This document shows, piece by piece, positions 32,183-37,669 of a stretch of DNA of 37,669 nucleotides; the stretch's first letter is position 1; each line of letters opens with the position of its first letter. The DNA is taken from contig CAYUBH010000001.1 of assembly GCA_964442985.1 (NCBI GenBank), forward strand, positions 7,311-44,979, written 5' to 3'. The notes beneath the pieces were generated by a model, which was not told the origin of the DNA, did no database searches, and saw only the letters and a list, made by a program, of their open reading frames with translations. The DNA is from an uncultured Gammaproteobacteria bacterium (GTDB lineage Bacteria; Patescibacteriota; Patescibacteriia; Magasanikbacterales; GWA2-37-8). Position numbers and translations under genes: made by a program.

Positions 32183-33601
32183 ATGAAAAAAACCTCCAAA
32201 AACTTCCAAAGCCTTACTGCGGAAAAACATGCTGTCTACGGGACAGCCAACAAAGAAAACAACCGCTATAAGGCCACCCCCGGTATTACCGAACAAGTCG
32301 TTCGCGAAATTAGTGCGCAAAAAAACGAGCCAGCTTGGATGTTGAACAAGCGCCTTGAAGCCTTCAAATTATTTCAACAAGCTCCACTCCCTGCTTGGGG
32401 CCCCGATCTCACCAAACTCGATTTACAAAAAATCGTGTATTTTGTTCGCCCTGATACCAAGGAAGCGACTGACTGGAAAGATGTTCCCAAAGATATTAAA
32501 AAAACCTTTGACCGCTTAGGTATTCCCGAAGCCGAGCATAAAGCCCTCGCTGGTGTTGGTGCGCAATACGACTCAGATATTGTCTATCATAATTTAAAAG
32601 CCAGCTGGGAAAAACAAGGAGTGATTTTTGAAAACATGGACACAGCTGTCCAAAAATACCCAGAGCTCATCAAAAAATATTTCATGACGCAATGTGTGCC
32701 GATTAACGACCACAAATTCGCCATGTTGCACGCCGCTGTCTGGAGTGGTGGTACTTTTATTTATGTACCAAAAAATGTTTCTATCGATTTACCGCTCCAA
32801 GCCTACTTCCGCATGAACGCTAAATCAGGCGGACAGTTTGAACATACCCTGATTATTGCCGACGAAGGCGCCAACATTCATTATATCGAAGGCTGTAGTG
32901 CCCCTCGCTATGGCGTAAATTCGCTCCATGCTGGTTGCGTAGAATTATTTGTACACAAAGGCGCCCGTCTCCGTTACTCCTCTATTGAAAACTGGTCCAA
33001 AGATACCTACAACCTCAACACCAAACGCGCCCTCGTCGATGAAGACGGGGTAATTGAGTGGGTCAACGGCAACATGGGATCGGGTACGACCATGTTATAT
33101 CCTTGCTCTATTCTTCGCGGTCGTGGCGCTCGCTCCGATAGTTTGGGTATTGCTTTTGCGGGCAAGGGTCAGAATCAAGACACTGGCGCCAAAGCGATTC
33201 ACACCGCTCCGAACACCAGTTCCACCATTATTTCCAAATCTATCTCGGTAGACGGCGGTATTAACACCTTCCGTGGTTTGATTAAAATCATGCCACTAGC
33301 TACGCAGGTCAACGCCTCTATGGTTTGTGACGCTTTGCTTATCGGCAAAAACGCCATTGCCAACACTATTCCCGAATTAAAAATTAAAAATGATCAAGTC
33401 AATGTGGCGCACGAAGCGCGCGTTGGCCGAATTGGTGAAGAAGAAATTTTCTTTTTACAATCTCGTGGTTTATCCGAAGAAGAAGCGACTCGCCTGGTAG
33501 TGTCTGGTTTTATTGAACCAATTGTCAAAGCGCTTCCGGTGGAATACGCGCTTGAACTCAACAAGCTGATTGAAATGGAAATGGAAGACGCTGTTGGTTA
33601 A
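32183..33601 (+). CDS. sufB: Fe-S cluster assembly scaffold SufB
   Basis: 472 aa. C-terminal beta-helix region with FRGLIKI, CDALLIG, VAHEARVGRIGEEEIFFLQSRGLSEEEA. Confidence 0.9.
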   Translation: MKKTSKNFQSLTAEKHAVYGTANKENNRYKATPGITEQVVREISAQKNEPAWMLNKRLEAFKLFQQAPLPAWGPDLTKLDLQKIVYFVRPDTKEATDWKDVPKDIKKTFDRLGIPEAEHKALAGVGAQYDSDIVYHNLKASWEKQGVIFENMDTAVQKYPELIKKYFMTQCVPINDHKFAMLHAAVWSGGTFIYVPKNVSIDLPLQAYFRMNAKSGGQFEHTLIIADEGANIHYIEGCSAPRYGVNSLHAGCVELFVHKGARLRYSSIENWSKDTYNLNTKRALVDEDGVIEWVNGNMGSGTTMLYPCSILRGRGARSDSLGIAFAGKGQNQDTGAKAIHTAPNTSSTIISKSISVDGGINTFRGLIKIMPLATQVNASMVCDALLIGKNAIANTIPELKIKNDQVNVAHEARVGRIGEEEIFFLQSRGLSEEEATRLVVSGFIEPIVKALPVEYALELNKLIEMEMEDAVG

Positions 33602-33609
33602 AATACTCT

Positions 33610-34800
33610 ATGAAAAATTTCACCAAACACTTTCCGTCACTTTCTGCCGACCACTCCCTGGTCTATCTTGATAGTGCCGCTTCTTCGCAGACCTGTGCAC
33701 TAGCACTTCAAGCGATGAACGAGTATTATACGAAGTACCGCTCTAATATTCACCGCGGTCTCTACCCAAGCGCTGTCAAAGCCTCCGAAGCGTATGAACA
33801 AGCTCGTGGAGAGACAGCTCGTTTTATCGGCGCCAAACCAGAAGAAATTATTTTTACCTCTGGCACCACCCACGCTCTGAATCAACTCGCCTATTCCCTC
33901 TCCCCTCGCCTATCACATCGGGACAACGTCGTGCTGACCCGCCTGGAACACCACGCCAATCTCGTGCCCTGGCAACAAATGGCCAAGCATTATGGTTTTA
34001 GCCTGCGTTTTATTGAGCTAACAAAAAATGGCGACTTAGATATCGCTTCGGCCAAAAAACTTATTGATGCCAATACTAAAATTGTTAGTTTCTCGCTTGT
34101 TTCCAATGTGCTCGGCTCGGCAGCTCCCGCTCAAAAAATTATCGCTTTGGCCAAAGCCAAACGCGCCCTCACCATCATTGATGCGGCACAAGCTGTCGCC
34201 CACCTGCCAATCAACGTCAAAAAACTCGACGTGGATTTTCTCGTTTTCTCTGGCCACAAAGTCTACGGCCCGACAGGTGTCGGTGTACTCTATGGCAAAA
34301 AAACCCTACTCGAGGAATCGCTTGAGCCATTTTTCTTTGGCGGAGATATGGTCAAAGAAGTTTCCTATACTTCAAGCACTTGGCAGGAAGCTCCTACCAA
34401 ATTTGAAGCTGGCACACCCAACATTGCTGGCGCTATCGGCCTTGGGTCAGCCCTCGCCCTTCTCACCAAAATTGGTTTCAAAACAATACAACAGCACGAA
34501 AAAGCTCTCATGGACTACGCTTTAAAAAAATTATCTTCCGAGACAACTATTATTGGCCGACCAAAAAACCGCGTTGGTGTAATCTCGTTTACTATTCCGG
34601 GCGTTCACCCGCACGACATCGCTGATATTCTCGGATCAATGAATATTTGTATTCGCGCTGGCCACCATTGCGCCGAGCCACTTCACCAGCATCTTGGCCT
34701 CACCGCTACTGCCCGCGCTTCAATCGGCCTCTATACCACCAAAAAAGATATTGACGCTTTGGTCAAAGGCTTGGTGAAAATCAAAAAAATGTTTGCCTAA
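33610..34800 (+). CDS. sufS: Cysteine desulfurase SufS (group II)
   Basis: PLP-lysine motif FSGHKVYGPTGVGVLYG and catalytic RAGHHCAEPL. Confidence 0.9.
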   Translation: MKNFTKHFPSLSADHSLVYLDSAASSQTCALALQAMNEYYTKYRSNIHRGLYPSAVKASEAYEQARGETARFIGAKPEEIIFTSGTTHALNQLAYSLSPRLSHRDNVVLTRLEHHANLVPWQQMAKHYGFSLRFIELTKNGDLDIASAKKLIDANTKIVSFSLVSNVLGSAAPAQKIIALAKAKRALTIIDAAQAVAHLPINVKKLDVDFLVFSGHKVYGPTGVGVLYGKKTLLEESLEPFFFGGDMVKEVSYTSSTWQEAPTKFEAGTPNIAGAIGLGSALALLTKIGFKTIQQHEKALMDYALKKLSSETTIIGRPKNRVGVISFTIPGVHPHDIADILGSMNICIRAGHHCAEPLHQHLGLTATARASIGLYTTKKDIDALVKGLVKIKKMFA

Positions 34801-34801
34801 T

Positions 34802-35164
34802 ATGGACACGCTCTACCACGAAATGTTACTTGATCTCTACAAACACCCACTCAACAAACAAGTGTTGAAGAGTTTTGATATTCGCCACCAAGAACACAAT
34901 CCCGTTTGTGGTGATGTGGTGGAGTTATTTATTAAGACAAACAAACAAGGAAAACTTACTGACATTAGCTGGCAGGGTGACGGTTGTGCGATCTCGCAGT
35001 CGGGGGCATCACTTCTCACCGACGAGGTCAAAGGAAAAAGTAAAAAAGAAGCTAAGGCTATAACCAACGACGCCATGCTCGCCCTCCTCGGTCTTGAAAA
35101 ACTAAACCCTACCCGTTTACGCTGCGCCACACTAGCTCTCGAAGCACTTAAAAAAGCTCTCTAA
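34802..35164 (+). CDS. sufU: Sulfur-transfer protein SufU (IscU/NifU-N-like, Zn type)
   Basis: NPVCGD, GDGCAISQSGASLL, RLRCATLA. ATG at 34802; the ORF-track start at 34793 is TTG and overlaps the sufS stop. Confidence 0.85.
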   Translation: MDTLYHEMLLDLYKHPLNKQVLKSFDIRHQEHNPVCGDVVELFIKTNKQGKLTDISWQGDGCAISQSGASLLTDEVKGKSKKEAKAITNDAMLALLGLEKLNPTRLRCATLALEALKKAL

Positions 35165-35168
35165 TCCT

Positions 35169-35900
35169 ATGTCACTTGAACTCAAAAATATTCACATCTC
35201 CGTTGGTGACAAAGCGATTGTCACTGGTTTGGATATCATAATCAAGCCGGGCGAAGTGCATGTTATCATGGGCCCAAACGGCTCTGGTAAATCTACCCTC
35301 GCGAACGCTGTGATGGGTCACCCTAAGTATACTATCACCAAAGGAAAAATTATCGTTGATAAAAAAGATGTCACCAAAGAATCGCCCGACAAAAAATCCA
35401 AAGCAGGGTTATTTTTATCCATGCAATATCCGCCAGAAATCCCCGGTGTCACCGTAGCCAATTTTTTACGCCTTGCCACCAAATCGCACACTGGAAAAAA
35501 CATCAATCCAGTACTTTTTCATAAGGAACTCGTCGCTAAGCTAGCTGAATTCAAAATGAATCCGGATTTTGCCAAGCGCTATCTCAACACTGGGTTTTCT
35601 GGTGGCGAAAAAAAGCGTCTCGAGGTTGTCCAGCTGGCTATGCTTAATCCAAAATACGCTCTACTTGATGAAACCGATTCCGGTCTCGATGTCGATGCTC
35701 TGCGCATTGTCGCCGAAGGTATCAACAGCTTTCACACCAAAAAGAACGGTGTTCTCCTTATCACCCACTACAACCGCATTCTTGAATACGTTGAGCCAGA
35801 TTTTGTCCATATCATGTATAACGGAAAAATTATAAAAAGTGGTGGAAAAGAGCTGGCCAAAGAGATTGAAAAAAACGGCTACGCCAAGTATACTGCCTAA
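35169..35900 (+). CDS. sufC: Fe-S cluster assembly ATPase SufC
   Basis: GPNGSGKSTL, FSGGEKKR, ALLDETDSGLD, LITHY. Confidence 0.9.
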   Translation: MSLELKNIHISVGDKAIVTGLDIIIKPGEVHVIMGPNGSGKSTLANAVMGHPKYTITKGKIIVDKKDVTKESPDKKSKAGLFLSMQYPPEIPGVTVANFLRLATKSHTGKNINPVLFHKELVAKLAEFKMNPDFAKRYLNTGFSGGEKKRLEVVQLAMLNPKYALLDETDSGLDVDALRIVAEGINSFHTKKNGVLLITHYNRILEYVEPDFVHIMYNGKIIKSGGKELAKEIEKNGYAKYTA

Positions 35901-35905
35901 ACACT

Positions 35906-36193
35906 ATGTTCACCAAAGATGACGTCATTGATGTCTTAAAAACAATTAACGACCCAGAAATTCACCTCGACATTTGGACCATGGGGCTGATTTACGGTAT
36001 TGAAATTGTCGGCAAAACCATCAATATCACCATGACTTACACCACCCCCTTCTGCCCATGGGGCCCACAATTGAACGATGAAATTATCACCACGCTCAAA
36101 AGTAGTCTTGGTGCCGACAATGTAGATATTACCCTCACCTTTGACCCACCCTACACGATGCCTGACGAACTCCGTGCGACGCTTGGTATATAA
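35906..36193 (+). CDS. sufT: DUF59/MIP18-family Fe-S assembly protein (SufT-like)
   Basis: VIDVLKTINDPEIHLDIWTMGLIYGIEI ... TPFCPWGPQL. 95 aa. Confidence 0.75.
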   Translation: MFTKDDVIDVLKTINDPEIHLDIWTMGLIYGIEIVGKTINITMTYTTPFCPWGPQLNDEIITTLKSSLGADNVDITLTFDPPYTMPDELRATLGI

Positions 36194-36194
36194 T

Positions 36195-36476
36195 ATGGAA
36201 AAAAGAAAACAAATCAAAGTATGCCAAGGACGAGTGTGCCGAGACAATCACGAGCCACTTCTTGAGCATATTACCAACAATTACAAAAACACCGCCGACG
36301 TTACCACCTGCCAGTGCCGAGATAATTGTGACAATGGCCCAAATGTAATCGCTGACGGCAAGATCTACGAACACAGCCGTATCAAAGATATTATTGATAG
36401 AATCGAAGCAGAGAGCGGCCTACCCTTGCCAGAATTAGATGAGGAGTCTATACTAAACGAATTATTAGAGTTTTAA
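36195..36476 (+). CDS. Thioredoxin-like [2Fe-2S] ferredoxin (NuoE-like fold)
   Basis: Cx4C (VCQGRVC) and Cx3C followed by GP (CRDNCDNGPNV). ATG at 36195 lies 1 nt after the sufT stop. Confidence 0.6.
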   Translation: MEKRKQIKVCQGRVCRDNHEPLLEHITNNYKNTADVTTCQCRDNCDNGPNVIADGKIYEHSRIKDIIDRIEAESGLPLPELDEESILNELLEF

Positions 36477-36480
36477 TTGT

Positions 36481-36768
36481 ATGTCCGAGATCACTCTCCC
36501 AACTGATTTACCAGCCAACATCTCTCAAAAAATCCGCGCTGGCGGACGTATTCGTCGCATTGTTGTCGACCGCATAAAATGTATCGGCGCCAACTCTTGT
36601 GTCGCTGTCGCTCCTGGTGTTTTTCAGCTTGACGACGAAAATCTGGCCTACGTCGTTGACCCAGATTCTACCGACGAAGATACCATTATGCTCGCGGCGC
36701 AATCCTGCCCAGTATTAGCAGTTCTTCTCTACGACGACCAAGGCAAAAAAATCTTCCCCGAAGAGTAA
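36481..36768 (+). CDS. Small single-cluster [3Fe-4S]/[4Fe-4S] ferredoxin
   Basis: VDRIKCIGANSCVAVAPGVFQLDDE...AAQSCPVLAV (the CxxxxxC...CP ferredoxin pattern). Confidence 0.65.
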   Translation: MSEITLPTDLPANISQKIRAGGRIRRIVVDRIKCIGANSCVAVAPGVFQLDDENLAYVVDPDSTDEDTIMLAAQSCPVLAVLLYDDQGKKIFPEE

Positions 36769-36783
36769 AAATTACCACAAAAC

Positions 36784-36814
36784 AAAAACCTCTATCGCAG
36801 TGATAGAGGTTTTT
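36784..36814. terminator. Bidirectional terminator between the suf operon and the convergent surface-protein gene
   Basis: AAAAACCTCTATC-GCAGT-GATAGAGGTTTTTTT. Confidence 0.7.
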
Positions 36815-37669
36815 TTATGGCGCCGGAGCAGGGGTTGGTACTGGCTCAGGAGCTGGAGCAGGCGCTGGCTCAGGCGCTGGAGCTGGGTCAACTGCTGGTG
36901 TTGGCTCAGGCGCTGGAGCCGGAGCAGGTTCAGTGGCCGGTGGAGTGGTAGTTTCAGTTCCACCTCCACTTGGTGTAGAGCTTGGTGTTTCTATAATCGG
37001 ATTAGTCGATGAGGTGGCAGTATCAAGCGTTGAAGTGGTTGGATCAGTTGGCATCGGCTCGCCCACTGGCAATGTCGAAGTTGGGATAGTCGACGAAGAT
37101 GTTGTTGAAACGTTATTTTTATCCAACAAATCTTTGAACTGATCGCTGGTGATACAGACACCATCAACACATAATTTCTTGGTATCAACCTGGTCACTAG
37201 TAATGGTTGCTGAGATAAATCCGGTGGCTCGGACAATGCCGTTTTGAATAAAGACACCAATCGATTCAAGTGTTTGAATAACACTCGATACCATAACGCT
37301 AAGTGTTGACGAAGGTGTTTCGGCAATAGTTGGCGCGGAGATAGATAACGGTGCCCACCACCCCATTTTAACAAACGCCAACACTGTTCCGTCCTGAACA
37401 TCAGAATAATCAGCTAGAGCCACACCGATAGTCGGGCCGCTAGCTGTTGCTTTGATAGCAACACCGGCAACGTCTGAAGTAGTGAGTTTATCGCCAACAG
37501 CGATAGCACCGTTCTTAGTAGAAATCTTGAGCGGAACACGACCGGCGAGAGCTACTTTACGAGTAGATGCGTCACCTGCTCCACCAAGAGTGAACCCTGG
37601 ATTAGTAGATACGATACCAATTGCTTTATCACTGTATGGCGAAGAACATTTTTGAATAGTTGCAACAGC
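36815..37669 (-). CDS. 3' part of a secreted/surface protein gene (5' end outside the window) with Thr/Ser-rich and Pro/Ala-rich tail
   Basis: My translation shows the frame open from 37669 down to the stop at 36815-36817; the ORF track starts only at the internal GTG at 37423. Sequence runs ...AIGIVSTNPGFTLGG..VALAGRVPLKISTKNGAIAVGDKLTTSDVAGVAIKA... then a PAPAPEP tail. Confidence 0.6.
   Translation of the reverse strand, partial: AVATIQKCSSPYSDKAIGIVSTNPGFTLGGAGDASTRKVALAGRVPLKISTKNGAIAVGDKLTTSDVAGVAIKATASGPTIGVALADYSDVQDGTVLAFVKMGWWAPLSISAPTIAETPSSTLSVMVSSVIQTLESIGVFIQNGIVRATGFISATITSDQVDTKKLCVDGVCITSDQFKDLLDKNNVSTTSSSTIPTSTLPVGEPMPTDPTTSTLDTATSSTNPIIETPSSTPSGGGTETTTPPATEPAPAPAPEPTPAVDPAPAPEPAPAPAPEPVPTPAPAP
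36818..36943 (-). repeat. Low-complexity Pro/Ala/Glu coding repeat
   Basis: PPATEPAPAPAPEPTPAVDPAPAPEPAPAPAPEPVPTPAPAP, encoded by imperfect GGAGCWGGMGCTGG-type DNA repeats. Confidence 0.7.

Noticed and set aside
32072-32320. 82-aa minus-strand ORF across the suf leader and sufB start
   Set aside because: It overlaps the sufB 5' end in antisense and has no promoter or SD. It is probably spurious.
1-37669. Looked for CRISPR arrays, IS elements or transposases, integrases, rRNA, toxin-antitoxin pairs and prophage genes
   Set aside because: None found. The only short direct repeats are the tRNA 3'-end copies and the coding repeats already described.

Overview
Gene-dense, mostly minus-strand chromosomal segment of a small-genome bacterium. 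The gene content resembles Patescibacteria/CPR (giant secreted repeat proteins ending in peptidoglycan-binding domains, PIF1-type helicase, stand-alone GIY-YIG, LOG fusion, suf set without sufD, TGnTATACT promoters often about 10 nt from the start codon). That placement is inference only. Recognisable housekeeping genes are yidC, lgt, gatC-gatA, tsaE, rarA, a two-HKD PLD/cardiolipin-synthase-like gene, murF, a class B PBP and typA. There is also a suf operon (sufB-sufS-sufU-sufC-sufT plus two ferredoxins, with a divergent FNR-like reductase), tRNA-Ser(GGA) and tRNA-Glu(CUC). I saw no CRISPR array, transposase, integrase or rRNA. Items worth a second look, in rough order of interest: (1) A 666-aa C-terminally anchored protein with an intact GGDE(F)-type palm signature plus a degraded second copy, translationally coupled to the PLD gene. 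(2) Both tRNA genes are followed by a perfect 17-18 bp hairpin and then a 120-150 nt structured, non-coding block bracketed by inverted and direct copies of that tRNA's own T-arm/3' end. (3) A high-GC3 126-aa cassette with its own promoter, strong SD, a bulged 54-nt hairpin and a terminator next to tRNA-Glu. (4) Two giant surface proteins with different beta-propeller repeats but the same C-terminal module (PVYGGSSPAL, Thr/Pro linker, PG-binding domain). (5) A membrane-anchored CphA-like ATP-grasp coupled to an unassignable 467-aa protein. (6) A tandem LOG fusion whose second copy has lost the catalytic Glu. All family assignments are motif readings by eye; no database search was run.
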